A DNA stretch of 63,386 bases, filler included, from Reticulomyxa filosa (GCA_000512085.1; 19 parts of 19 records of this genome joined end to end with filler, not necessarily neighbours in it), one strand, 5' to 3'. Positions 12,540 through 25,875 are shown, counted from the first letter of the whole stretch. Notes: generated by a model not told the origin, from the sequence alone. Made by a program: numbers and translations.

Positions 12540-14449
12540 TGTTTTGGTGTGTTCGGCATAAAAGTAAATGTGCAGTTGATTGTAATCCTTGTCGAAATTG
12601 TCTCTATTAAAGCGATTGACTTTGTATTGAATTTCGACGATTCCTTTCAAGTTGACTTTCATTCCGGCCTGTTTGAGCACATATTTTTCGGCGGCCTCCA
12701 CGGGGGTCTCTCCAAACCGTACTTTGCCATTGGGCAAGTCGAACTCGCACTGGTGTCTGTCTTCGATCGCTTGAACCAGTAGGTAGTGATTGTCAGTGGG
12801 GCGTCGAACGATCACGTAGACATGAGTTTGAGTCGGAATTTCCAAGTGTTCATTTTGTAGTTCTAAATGGCGATCATCCGCGTCCAAGTGTTTTCCATTG
12901 CGTTTGTGCCAATCATATCTTGGTTATATTTCCCCCCGCCCGCCCCCATAAAAAAAAAAGTAAATAAAACATATATACATATATGTACATATATATATAT
13001 TTATATATATATTTATATTTATATGTGTATGTAATGATTGAAATGTAGAATTTGAAAAAAAAAAAAAAAAAAGGGATGTTTTAAGTGGATTGACGAGTTA
13101 AACTTGATATGCATGAACAGTTTTTTTTTGTTGGAGAATTCCTCTTGACACACGGGGCATTTGTGTAAGACGTGGTTATCAGTGACGACAACAGCCCTGC
13201 TGTCTTCGCTTGTGGCGTCGCTTTTGTCGCTGTTGTTGGTGTCACTCTTTTCGTTGGCATTGCGTTTGTGTGGTCTCTTTTCACGAGTCACCCCAGTGCT
13301 GTGATACAAAGGGATGTGTTGATACAATTCGGTTTTGCTCAAGTGTTCCATTCCACAGTAGCCACATGTGTAATAATCTTCTTTTATCGCTTCGCTATTG
13401 CTGCCATTGCTACCATTTGCCCCCCCTCCTCCTCCTCCTCCTCCTCCTCCTCCTCCTCTTCCTTCTTTCCAATGATGCATGTCACTCCCCCCATGGCTTT
13501 CATTTCCATCTCGTTCCATCGCATGACTTTTGCCTTGGTCCGACACAATTCGCAAGATTTCCGACAACGCTTGCTGGTCATTGGTGACAACGCTTGCACC
13601 CAAACTCAACATTCGATTACGAAATTTCGCTCCTTGTGTGGCAAGCTTGTGGATCAGTACAATCAAGCATGTTCGCAGGCATTTTTTGGCGGCACGTTTC
13701 AATATTTCGTACGACATGTTTCTCGACTTGAGCATGATGATCACAATGTCAAAGTTTTTCAAAAAGTTCACTTTGCTGTTGCGAATGTCGCTCACTTTGC
13801 ATTGGATCAACTTATAGCGGGGATTGTTGCTGATTAGTTTCGTTATTGAATCACTTGTGCTCGTCGCAGTTGAATTATTACTATTGTTACTACTATTGTT
13901 ACTGCTATTGTTACTGTTACTTGGATTCGCATGCGTCGTATTCGTATTGGTGTCACTGCTCGTTGGCGTTTCTGACGACGGGCTATGATTCACATTGCTC
14001 AAACTACTACTGTCGTGGATATACAAGATTTGCTTAAAATTTGGCCATCTCTTCACGCTCTGCGGGCTCGGAAATTGTGATGCTATCAACTTTTCATCGT
14101 CCATCAATCCTCCTTCTTCACCCTCTTTTTCTTTTTTTATTTGCTGCTGCTGGTTCAATCGCTGTCTTTTATTCCCGACTTGATTACTCATGCTCATCTC
14201 TTGCTCTCTCTTCACTTGTCTCGACTCATTGTCACTTTCGCTGCCGTTCGTGCCGCTCTCGCTTATTGCTTGCTCATTCGGGTCGTGAACTAACCCGTGC
14301 AACACATTCGTGTGGTGTCGGCTGTAGTTTTTTTGGGACGCCTGCTCAATGCTTGACTGACTTGTACTTCGCAATAATGCTTCACCGTTGCTTAGATTTG
14401 GCGATCGAATATCTTCCAGACGAGGTCTATCATTTATTTTTTTGCTCAT
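12540..14449 (-). CDS. Receiver-like domain + two C2H2 (Di19/KCMF1-like) zinc fingers + degenerate Nudix domain; 3' partial
   Basis: CGYCGMEHLSKTELYQHIPLYH and CPVCQEEFSNKKKLFMHIKYDWH; the second finger is completed in frame across the GT-AG intron 13103-12919. The next exon has VYVIVRR..YLLVQ..FDLPNGKVRFGETPVEAAEKYVLKQAG. Confidence 0.75.
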
Positions 14450-14789
14450 CAGCTGTACTCTTCTAAAATGAAAAAATGAAAAAATGCTCCGTGTTAAATC
14501 CTTCAAAAAAAAAAACAACAAATAAGTACTTTACAAAAAAAAACCAAGTTTAACGAGAGTAAATTTTTTTTTCTGGCTGTTTTGCTGTTGCTTGTTTTGG
14601 AGTTACAACACTTTTTTTAATTGGTACTAAACCGACTTACTTTGCATACATTTAAATTTGTATTTGGTTTATGTGTACGTGAATTATAGCTTTCTTTTGT
14701 TTGTTTCTCACTTCTCCCTCCTTTTTTTTCCCCACTCACGCTGTCAAAGAAATGATCCAAATAATAACCAAATGACCACAAACATAGAA

Positions 14790-15200
14790 AACATAGCTCG
14801 AAGAGTCATGTGGCAATCACTGATAATCAAACATTTACGTTACCATCGTGTCACTTGTCAAGACTTGAAACCCGAAAACATTTTATTGAAAGGATATATT
14901 CTTGAGAAATCAAACTCGCTGATTTTGAGTCGTTACGTATGCTGTAATTTAGTCGACGAAAGTTTACACTTTTGTGGTACGCCTTTATTTTGGCAAGGAA
15001 AATTTTATTGAGTACTCAAAATTGTAAAAAACAAAGAGATTGGATAATCGAAACGAATAAACCTTCACATTTCCTTTAAACTAATCCTTTGCTTGAGAAC
15101 TAATGAGATTTCAAATATTCGAAATTTAATGCAACAAATTATTAAGTCCAACATGAATGGAAGTAGACGCATTTCAACAAGTGCCCACAAGTTCTGAACT
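14790..15200 (+). pseudogene. Decayed Ser/Thr protein kinase fragment (CAMK/AGC-like)
   Basis: IKHL..HRVTCQDLKPENILL (catalytic loop with HRD changed to CQD) and FCGTP; no intact DFG or APE, and a stop at 15011. Confidence 0.6.
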
Positions 15201-17083
15201 CTTTTTTTAATGAAAATGTAACAAGAGTAATGTATATACGTATTAATGTGTATTGTTATGTAATTGATACACAATATTGCCATAGCATTATCAATCGATT
15301 TATCCACCAGTTGCACATATATGTATTAAGCACAATTTTAATTATAAAATGCAAATCGCGTTTGTTTATCTCTTTTTTAAATTTTTTGTTTTGAGTTTTT
15401 CTGGGACTGATATTTTTTTGACTTGCTAATACGTTATTTTGTTTTTCTCTTGAGTAGTGACTTTCTTCAATTGTTGTAATTAAAAAAACAAATATTATTT
15501 CTGCAATTGATAATGTACGATACTTTTTATCGGCTAAATGAAAACAGACAGCTGAAAGCGATTTTATTTTAAAATGTTTTCGGTCAGGTTCGGATTTTAT
15601 AAAATTAATGAAAAGATTGAAAGAATCATTATTCTAAACGCTTTGTTTGTTTAAAATTGTTGAAGATAGCATCAAAATCAAGAATAATAACTTGTTGAAA
15701 AAAAAACATATTTTTTTTGACAAAAAATTTGCGAACGTTTTTGTCCACACAACATTACATATTCAAGCTTTTTTCCAAAAAGCATAATTGTTCAATGTCA
15801 TCAGTAATGATTCAATAGTATTATCCTACTGCAAAAGTCTTTGGGAATTTATCAATCATGTTTCCAAGCAATCTTAAAATAATTATACTGCTGGCCGTAA
15901 AAGCACAATGTTATCATATTCCAAAGTCGATACTGAAACTTCATTCAACATCTTAAACACATATAGTCATTTTTGTAAATCGTTTGGTATTAGTAACATC
16001 TGCTTTTGCAAAATTTTGCTAATTCAATTGTTATAAAATGTAAATGTTGTAAAGCTACCAATTTAATTTGTAATTTGTTCAATTTAAAGCTAAATTTAAG
16101 AATAATTAATTATGTATAACTTTCGAACAAGTACTTAAATTATAAACATATATCTTTGCGATACTTAATTGTTTTTGACAAACTCCGCAAATTGTATAAT
16201 TATCCAATAAAAAGATACTTTATTATGACTAACACATATTTATCCTTCAACAATATTTATTTTCATCGCAATTGTACAAATTTGTAGTGTAATTTCATAA
16301 TATAATTTTAATTTCTTTCTTTGATCGATTGTCAAACGTTTAAAATCAAATATTCACTTTTATTTTCTCTTAATACACTTGTGTAATATCAAAGCAAATC
16401 AAGATATATCATTTATCAATAAAGTTTATCATTCAGTTATTTATTTTGTAAATAGTTGTTTCTTGTAAAGTTATTTGTTTTATCTACTTTCATATGGACT
16501 AAAACTCATTATCATAAATTCATTTGAAAGTGCTATTTTTTGCATAATCAATAAAATTTGTTCTAATATTCTATGTTTTTCTTTATTTATACGTAAACAG
16601 AAAAACAATACATCAATCAAGCATAAGTTTTATTGTATGTATAACTGCTATTTGTTTAATCAAATAAAATTTTAAATATATTTTTTACTACTTTCTTTTA
16701 AAACTTTTATCAATTCCGCGCTATGCAAAGTAATGCTAACAAATAACGTTATTACGCTGGATACCAGTTTGATCAGCTTCAATTGTGAAAACTATATCAT
16801 TTATCTATTTAACTAAACTTAAACATAAAACTTGAAACAAAAAAACTTAATGAACGTACAAACCATACCAAAAACAAAAAGGTAATTTTTCAATTTCTCT
16901 ATCAACACTGTTCTTTTTAATTTGTAACATGAATATTTTTGATAGTTTTAAAGCTTATTTCAATATCCAAATGAAATTTTTCAAGTTTCCCTTTTTTCGA
17001 AAGGTACTTTTTGAATTTGAAAAGCGCAACTGTTAAAGAGTTCACCATTTTTTTAATAAAAAAAGAAAATTGGAAATAAAAAA

Positions 17084-17978
17084 ATGCCACAAGATATGAT
17101 GCTTCTTCAAAGCAACCAGGACTTGAATACAGAAACGAAAAAGACGAATCCCGTAACAAATTCTCAAATAAATCACGAAGCGACGAAAGAAAAAGCAAGC
17201 GAAGCAGTAAAAACGGCAAAAAAAGATGAAGCAGTTGAGAATGATGACCAATCAAAAACGAGTAATTCAGACAACCGCAATGATAAAATTGAAAATGGCA
17301 ACAGGAGTGGGAATGAAAAAGCAAGTGTAAATGAAAATACGAATACTAATAGACGGTCAAAGCCGAAAGATATAATAGAAACAAGAGAAAAAAAACTGAC
17401 AAATAGCAATAAGAGCATTTTGCAAGCACAAAATGAGGTAGAGAAAGCGAAAAAGGAAGAAGGAGAAAAAGAGGAAGAAGAAGAAGATGATGATGAAGAA
17501 GGAGAAGAAGAAGAAGGTAATGAGCTTGAAAGTAGTGAGATGAGTATGGATATTGATGAATACATTGAGTCAGTACAAATTCCATTGCAAAAAAAAGTGC
17601 AGGAGCTAAACAACCAAACGAGTTGTTTGAGCGGACCAAACAATCCAAAAACCATATTACGTAAGCAAAGACAACTTGGTTCTCATTGCAATAAATGCCA
17701 CTGCTCCCAGTGATATCCTTGACAATAGCACGAATATAATGAATACAGCGATCAATGTTGGCATTGCCACCAACACAAATAGCAACGCTACGAATACCAA
17801 TATCGATGCAAATGGAAACGACACTTTGAAAACGATTTCTCAAAAGCGGAGTGTTACATTTAATGAAGCTGTCAATGTTTATACTATACCATATTGGGAT
17901 CGTGGTGGAGATCCTTGGTATTCCGAACAGGACGAAATGCCTATCAAAAATTCTGGAAAATGTTGTCTCGTCCAATAA
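17084..17978 (+). CDS. Low-complexity charged protein with an RVxF motif and C-terminal CaaX (two ORFs joined by an intron or indel near 17660-17750)
   Basis: The 17084-17713 and 17676-17978 ORFs overlap; the second carries KRSVTFNEAVNVYTIP and ends GKCCLVQ-stop. Confidence 0.55.
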
Positions 17979-19019
17979 CGAACTCGTACACGTAATCCCT
18001 CCCTCTTGCACCAATCTTTCTTTCTCATTATCATTTTTTTTTTTTTTTAAATACTCCTTGTGCTTATTTTTAGTTTTATTTCTATTTCTTTGTCTCTGAA
18101 AGGAGAGCTGTCATTGAAGAAAGAAAGGGAAGAGAACAAAAAAAGAAAGAACGGATAAATAGAAATACAAAAGTAAAGAATGAAAAAGAAGCTATGTACT
18201 ACTTTTAACACCAACCATACTTGTTTGTTGGTTTGTTCTGTTTTAATATTATTTGCTATGTTTTGTCCTAAGTCGCTGGTTTTCGTTCACGTTTTTTTTT
18301 TTTTTTAACTCAAATTAACTATGATCAACAAAATGTCACTTTGTTTTTTTATGTGTTTTTTTTCCCTGTCTTTTTCTGCTTTCTGCCTTTTGTTTGAAAA
18401 AGATTGGGACCTACAATATCCCAGTTATGGATAGAATGAAAAACTTCAAAAAAAAAAAGCAAGGTTTTCCCTCTGTTTTTGCGGTTTTGTGTTTGTCAAA
18501 TGTTGCATTTTTTTGTAAAGTGTCTCAATAGTTGTTTTTTTTCTCTTCCAAAGACTATACAGTTTAAAAAACTCGTGCTGAAATGAAGCACTGGTTTATC
18601 AGGATAGAACATTCTCAAATTTTGTCTTACAACTTTGAAACACAACATCCTTAGTCGAAATGACCAGAACCTTGTGCAACTTCCAAAGATCATTTAATTA
18701 TTGTAAATATTGAAAAAAAAAAGTGTAGCAGATAGGGTTTAAAAGCCCAAGTTTGTATTTTTTATTTTTTTTATTTTTCGACATTATATTTAAAGGGGAA
18801 GAAAAACCAAACTTGCGACATAGGATGGTAAAGACAAGGGTGTCACAATACACATGATACAATTGCGTCACGCCACATCGGAAAGACCTTTGGGCATGAC
18901 AAAAAAGTTTTTCAACTTCAACCCGATAAAAAACCAACCAACAAACAAGTACACAATTTGTTTTGAGAGAAAAAAAAAAGGTGAAAAAAATTATTTTTTT
19001 TTTTAATGCTTTGTTTGCT

Positions 19020-19058
<39 letters not shown>

Positions 19059-19061
<3 letters not shown>

Positions 19062-19545
19062 TGCTTGCGAAGTGGAAGTCCGTTCCACCATAAGAACATA
19101 GCTTTCTTCTTTGTTGTTCGAAGCGGAGGCAGTAGCGGAATCAATTTCCAAAGTAGCATGCGTTCTCAAAGCAGGAGAGACAGATACAATATCACTACGA
19201 ACAGTGGGGGCTCTCCCAATGGTATCATCTTGGTCAATATTGGAGTTGCGAAAAGTGTTGGATTTAATGCATTCCATTTGTTGACATATTCCACATAATA
19301 ATTCTTTGAAGTGAATTTTTTGCAAGTACTTTGCATAAATCATTTGCCAACCCATAATTCTTACCATTATGAAATTATTCAACAATAATACAGTCGTATT
19401 CAAAAAGAATATTATATTTACACCGTACGCAAATAAAAACAAATGAACGAAATCAGTCACAAAAAAACTTGTCACGGAAATTATTCCCCAAATACTGTTC
19501 CGACGAATCACGGCTTTTAATTCTCTATGATTTTCTTCTTCTGAC
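19059..19545 (-). CDS. C-terminal exon of a multi-pass membrane protein (possibly 7TM)
   Basis: Two hydrophobic helices after RELKAVIRRN, then a Cys-containing juxtamembrane segment and a Ser/Thr-rich tail. Confidence 0.4.
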
Positions 19546-20031
19546 TTTTTATTTATTTATTTGTTTTTTTTTNNNNNNNNNNNNNNNNNNNNNNNNNNNN
19601 NNNNNNNNNNNNNNNNTTAATTAATTAANNNNNNNNNNNNNNNNNNNNNNNNNNNNNNNNNNNNNNNNNNNNGACAAAAAGGAAAGTAAGAAAAGCAAGG
19701 ACGTAAGAAGTAGTTGATTGAGGAAGTTTAACCCAAAGGGAGCTACTCAGTTCCATAAGAGTTCAGCCATGTGTGATAAGGGCTTGCCCTACACAATTCT
19801 TCAAATTTTTTGGCAAAGTTTCAACATATGAACTAAAGGATCTTCGTCTTAACATTTTTTTATCGCATTTTTGCTGAAATGTTTCTCGAAGACTCTTGGC
19901 ATCCCTTCTTTGTAAAGATAATAAATTTAATTTATTTAATACCAACAAATAATCAAGTAATCATTTGTCATTTCACTCAAATACAAATCGTGTTAACTTC
20001 AACTTGCGTTTTGTTCTCCCGTTACAAAAAA

Positions 20032-20942
20032 ATGAAAAGCCGGTCCTCATCACTTGCAATATTTTGGCATCGTAATTTTGTATTGAGCATCTATATTGGA
20101 CTTTTATTGTTGGTTATAGTGATAACATTTCTGGTCGGCCGTCATAATTTAGGTAATAACAGTTTTCATGACGGTTTGTTTTTCATCAGCGGCGGGAGTC
20201 GTTTGCAAAGTGAATTTGATGAGGATGACTTCGTACAATACGACTCCAAATCATTGAATTCGGAGCATGTTAATCAGAACCCGAAAACAGCTATGGCATT
20301 AGCACAAACAAGAGAAGTAATAGTAGACAAAGAGTGGGGAGAGATCTACACTCCGCATCGAGTATGGTGTTTAGTACCAACACTTTGGCCAAAAAAAATG
20401 GACTCAATGAAATGGATCGCACAGACATGGGGTAAATTTTGCGATCAATTGATATTTGTGATAGATGAGGAATTTGGAGTAAATGCTCCGTACGTCTACT
20501 ATGGCGCAACTATATTAAAAATCAAATGTGAATATAGACAATCGACGCCAGATCGAAATATTTGGGAAAAAGTGTGGAAAATGTGGCACCATATTGGTAT
20601 GTACATATGTATTTGATGTGTGTATTACTTTATGTGTGTATTTACTGATTTGTTTGTTTGTTCGTTTGTTGTACAAATTAGGGAAACATCATTTGTATGA
20701 TAGCGAATGGTTTTTGAAAATTGATGATGACACATTTTTTAGTGCAGTAAATTTTAAGGGGTTTGCACGCTATTTCAATCCCGATAAAGAATGGTATTTT
20801 GGACATACGTTACTGCACTTGTGGCAAAGTAAGAACATCGCCTTTAATAGTGGCACATGCTATGCCATTAGCCGAGAGACTCTCAAAAGAGTGCACACTA
20901 TTTTTGCAACTAAAGAGTTTCAAGATGATCCACAGCGAAGAG
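20032..20942 (+). CDS. GT31-family core-1 beta-1,3-galactosyltransferase-like type II membrane protein, 3' partial
   Basis: N-terminal TM helix; RVWCLVPT, TWGKFCD, WEKVWKMW, WFLKIDDDTF (DxD motif), YFGH and FNSGTCYAISRETLKR; intron 20597-20681. Confidence 0.85.
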
Positions 20943-22066
20943 GTTTTTTTTTTTTATTTATTTGTTTATTTTTATTTTTTTTTTGGTGCTCTTTTTAATC
21001 TTGACTTTTGCAAAGTTTGTATGCAATCGTTTGTGGTTCTTTTTTNNNNNNNNNNNNNNNNNNNNNNNNNNNNNNNNNNNNNNNNNNNNTTAATTAATTA
21101 ANNNNNNNNNNNNNNNNNNNNNNNNNNNNNNNNNNNNNNNNNNNNTGTCTGTAAAATATTATTACAATCAATGATTCTCTTTTTTTTTTAAAAAAAAATT
21201 GTGTCTTGGTAATGACTCATTTCAAGCCTATACGATTGTCAAATGAATGACAATTTTTTTGGAAGGCGAGAGATCTAAAGACCAAGATCTAATTTTATTT
21301 CCCCTCGGCTTGCAAATACAGAATCATTCGGTTTGTTTAAAACAAACATATCACTGCACTTTTTGCCGATAAAATGAACAAGAAAAATAATCAACAAATC
21401 CCAAAACGGGAATTTATTCATTTTTTCTTTTTCACCAAGCAGAAAGATCGCAAGCAAAGGGTTACACTTCAACAAAGAAACAATCTTACAAAGATATACA
21501 CATACCCCTTCCTTAAAAACAGCGAGCTCGTCGAACATTTTTTAAAGTTGCTTTGTTTTATGAAAGGATCAAAAAAATTCTTAAAAACTCTTTCTTCTTA
21601 AAACTTTTTCACTTTGTTTTTTCCTTTTTAATTTAACTCTTCCTTTCCATTAATATTTACTATCTCTTGTAATAAAATAAATCAATGATCAACTAAATTA
21701 ACGATGAAATTATTTTAATTTATTTTTGAGAAAAGAATCTTCCTCCAAGTGATAGTTATTCATTCATATTCGCTGCTATTTTTAGTACAAAACAAAAGAT
21801 GATGTCATAATTCGAAATAATCTTAAGTGATATGGGTCATACAAAAACAACATCGAATAACAAGAAATTTGGCATAGGAAATGCAAATGCATAAATTGTT
21901 GTCAAATTTGGTTTTAACCAATCAATTCGACATAAGTTTGCATGTGAGTTGTACCCCTTGAAGTGTTTTGTATAATTTTATTTCAACATTTTTAACAATT
22001 GTCGTACGTTAGTTATCATTTGTGCTAGTTGCATTTGGCGTCCTTGTGTTTGATTATTTTGTTGAA

Positions 22067-23520
22067 ATGAAAGAAGTTGTAACAATAGAAGTTGGACAAG
22101 CAGGCCTTCAACTTGGGAACACAGTGTGGGAGCAATATTGCGCAGAATACGACATTGACAATGCAGGCAAACAAAAAGTGGCAAATTCAAAAAATGGTGA
22201 ATTCCGAGTATTTTTTGAAGAAGCAACTAGTGATCAATTTGTGCCAAGGAATCTGGCAGTTGAGAAATGGTTTATTTTTTCAGGTGTACAAATAAACACC
22301 TAGTTTCAAAAAAAAAAAAAAAAAAAAAATGAAAGATTGACTCAGAACCAAGTGTAATAGAAGAAATAAAAACTGGATCATTTGCAACAATGTTTAAAAA
22401 TGAATTTTTATTATCTGGTAATGAAGATGCAGCGAATATCTTTGCACGAGGATACAATAGTATTGGAAGACAAATGATTGACGACGTGAATGATAGACTA
22501 AGGAAATTATTGGATATGTGTGATAATATGATGGGATTTATGATATATCATAGTGTAGGAGGAGGAACAGGATCTGGCTTGGGCTCATTACTATTGGAAC
22601 ATCTTGCCGTTAACTATCGCAAAAAAGCCAAAATAGGTTTTGAAGTATATCCATCATCAAACTTATCCACGTGCATGGTCGAGCCTTATAATGCGACATT
22701 AGCAACCCATTGGCTATTAGATCATACTGATGTATCTCTGGTATTGGACAATGAGGCTATTTATAGTATTTGTCTCAACAAATTACATATTTCTAAACCA
22801 GATGCAAGTAATGTAAATCGATTGATTGCAAAAGTAATATCTTCAATGACTTCATCTTTGCGATTTAAAAGAGAATTAGATGCTGATTTGAATGAATATC
22901 AAACTAATTTGGTATCTTTTCCACGATTGCATTTTATGACGACAGCAATGAGTCCACTGATATCAAAAATGGACAATGTAACAACAGACTTCAATGATAT
23001 ACAAATACTTACTGGTGAATGTCTTAATCCTGCCAATTGGTTGGTGCAATATACTACATTTGATCCTCTCGAAGATAAATATATGGCAATATCTCTTTAC
23101 TATCGTGGAAACGTTCAAAGCAAAGAGGCGAATCATACAGTTCAATGGCTCAAAGATCAAAACAAAGTAGTTTTGACTGAGTTTCCTGTTACTGGCTTTA
23201 AAATTGGCTTGGATGAAATTTCTGCTGCCATTTTAGAAACAGATGATATTGCTGCTTTCAATAAAAATGTGGTTATGATTAGTAATAATACTGCAATTCC
23301 TCGCATGTTTAACAAACGCGTTATACAAAATTTTGATGTTTTGTATTCGCAGCAAGCTTTTATTCATTGGTACACTCGGGAGGAAATGGAGGAAGGAGAA
23401 CTCACTGAGGCTCGTGAAGATTTAGCATTTTTAGAAAAAGATTATAAAGATGTTTTGATTGAGCGATTAACAGATGACTATACAGACGACATAAACACTA
23501 CCGATGAAGGTTATTTTTAA
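22067..23520 (+). CDS. Divergent alpha-tubulin
   Basis: MKEVVTIEVGQAGLQLGN, VPRNLAIDSEP (in-frame intron 22259-22335), EDAANIFARG, GGGTGSG, VEPYN, DNEAIY, QTNLVSFPRLHF and AFIHWY..EAREDLAFLEKDY. Confidence 0.93.
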
Positions 23521-24040
23521 TTCTTTTTTTTTTTTTAGGGCAGCCACAGTATGATTTTTTTTTTTAAGTTAATTGACAGTGACAATCAAGCAAAAAAGAT
23601 CTAAATAAATAATGTATTTCAGTTGTGCATTAGATTTGAAATGTTGTTATTTTATTTTATTTTTGTTGTGAAAACTCTTAAAAGAAAGTTGGCAATTTTC
23701 ATAAGTTGCGATACAAATGATTTTTAGAGTGTGAAATCCAAGGATTCAAAAAAACTTGTTGGACATACTGATGTTATCACAATTTGTTGTTTCATGTTCA
23801 TGTGACAAATAATTTGATTATGATGTATGTAATTGTAAAATGGAAAAAACCCAAGTAAACAGCATTTGAAATGAATGCAAATATTTCTCAGGTTTTGATA
23901 GTTTCTTGAAGTCAGTGCTTACAAATACAAAAAAACTAAAATGTATAATCCGTTTTGATCTAAAAAAAAAAAAAAAAAATAATACATTTTTCATTTGCAT
24001 TCAGTTTGGCTTCGAGTCAAAATATGAGAAAAAAAAAAAG

Positions 24041-25207
24041 TCATTTCCACAGTTTGATGGTTCCATCTGCAGAACATGACACGATTGTATTGTTATCTGG
24101 TGAAAATTCCACCCCTGTTACATATTGTGAATGTCCTTCTAAAATCTGAAATTGTTGTCCTAATCGCACGTCCCATAATCGGACAGTTTTGTCATATGAA
24201 CACGATACAATGGTTTGACCATCTGGCGAAAATTTGACATCACTTGCCTCACAATCAAATGTTTGGATCTGCCTTCCTGCCATGACATTCCATATTCGAA
24301 TTGTGTTATCCCTTGAGCAAGAAACAATATATAGATCATCTGAAGAAAACTGCGCTGTAAGTACATTGTGTGAATGTCCAATCAATCGATATATAATTTC
24401 ACCAGATCTCACATTCCATATTGCAACTGTATTGTCCAAAGAAGATGACACCAGCAATTGGCCATTGTGTGAAAATTGCACATCATTTATCCAACGGGAA
24501 TGTGCTTCCCACTTTTTCTTTTCTTGTTCTGATGATACGTCCCAAAGTCGAATTGTTCTGTCATTTGAACAAGATACAATTGTGTGATTATCAGGAGAAA
24601 ATTGAGCTCCAGTCACACATTTGGAATGTCCTTCGAATATTCTTGCGCTTCTTGATTCTACATTCCATAATCGAATCCTTGTATCTCCTGAGCAAGTCAC
24701 AATCATTTTATTATCTGACGAAAATCTTGCCTTATACACAAAGTCTGAAGACTCTCCAAAGCATTGCAAATTTTCTTTGGATTCAACATCCCATATTCGA
24801 ATAGTCCCATCTAAAGAAGATGAAAGAATACTATTGCCATCTGATGAAAATGTCACACTTGTTACATAATCGAAATGTCCTTCAAATGTCTTTACAAGTT
24901 TAAAACATTTTGCCTGTTCAAGTTTTTAATCCATAAAATATCATTGCCATAACACTTATTGTATATCAAAGACAAATATATTACTACTCAACATATCGTG
25001 CTATAGCTTTGTCAAATTCTTCGATCCATCCTAATTTGATCACTGATAGTGTCACCCAATTTTTCAAAACGATTCTAATCTCTTTTTCCGACTTTGTTGT
25101 TTTATTTCCATCTTTGCAGTTTTGTGCTCAAATATAGCAAAAAAAAAAAAAAATTGCTCCAACTTTACCAAATATACTGCCTTTTCTTTTTCGATTTCAC
25201 AATCCAT
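24041..25207 (-). CDS. WD40-repeat protein with a short N-terminal helical module
   Basis: About seven GH...SCS.D.TIRLWD repeats in the 24041-24913 exon; upstream exons MDCEIEKEKAVYL and EKEIRIVLKNWVTLSVIKLGWIEEFDKAIARY. Confidence 0.9.
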
Positions 25208-25875
25208 TCCACCGCAAAGTTTACCTCTTCCACAATCCTTATTTGAAGTCCAATTTTGTGCTGAACATTGTTAAAAAAAAAAATCAAATTTTGTCGTCAA
25301 TATCACAAAACATAATTTTGTTCTTTTTTTCACATCACTTGGGTGTAATTCTGAAATACAACAATCTTTTTGAGATTTGTTGGATCTAATGAATATACAA
25401 TCTCCGGTACCTGAATTCATTTGTAAATCTATATTACCTTTTTTCCCGAAAAAATCCAGTGAACTTGCAAACTAGTTTTTTCAAGTTTTGTTGAAAGCTG
25501 GAGTTATTTTTGCAGATATTGTTGTTGTGTGTTATCCTTTGAAACAAAAAAAATTAATGAATATAACCAAATCTAAGCAATCACTAGTGCCAAGGAGTTT
25601 TTGCTGAAACCCTTTTTTTGAGGAAAAAGACATTATGATTGTGTAACAACAATTGCAATGTCCCAAGATTATCCAACTTTCAACACAGATGTTGATGCAG
25701 CAAAGCCAGGAATAATCTCTTTCCTTTCGTGATCTTTGTTTTCACTGTTCTCAAACCACGAAAGCAATAAGAAAATGAAAGTAGTGAACGAACGTCGCAC
25801 ATACCAAACCACATATATTAACAAAAAAATAAAAATAAAAATAAAAAAACAGAAACGCTGACAACTTTGGAACAA

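Noticed and set aside
15400-16900. Possible decayed gene in AT-rich DNA
   Set aside because: No recognisable motif in any frame examined.
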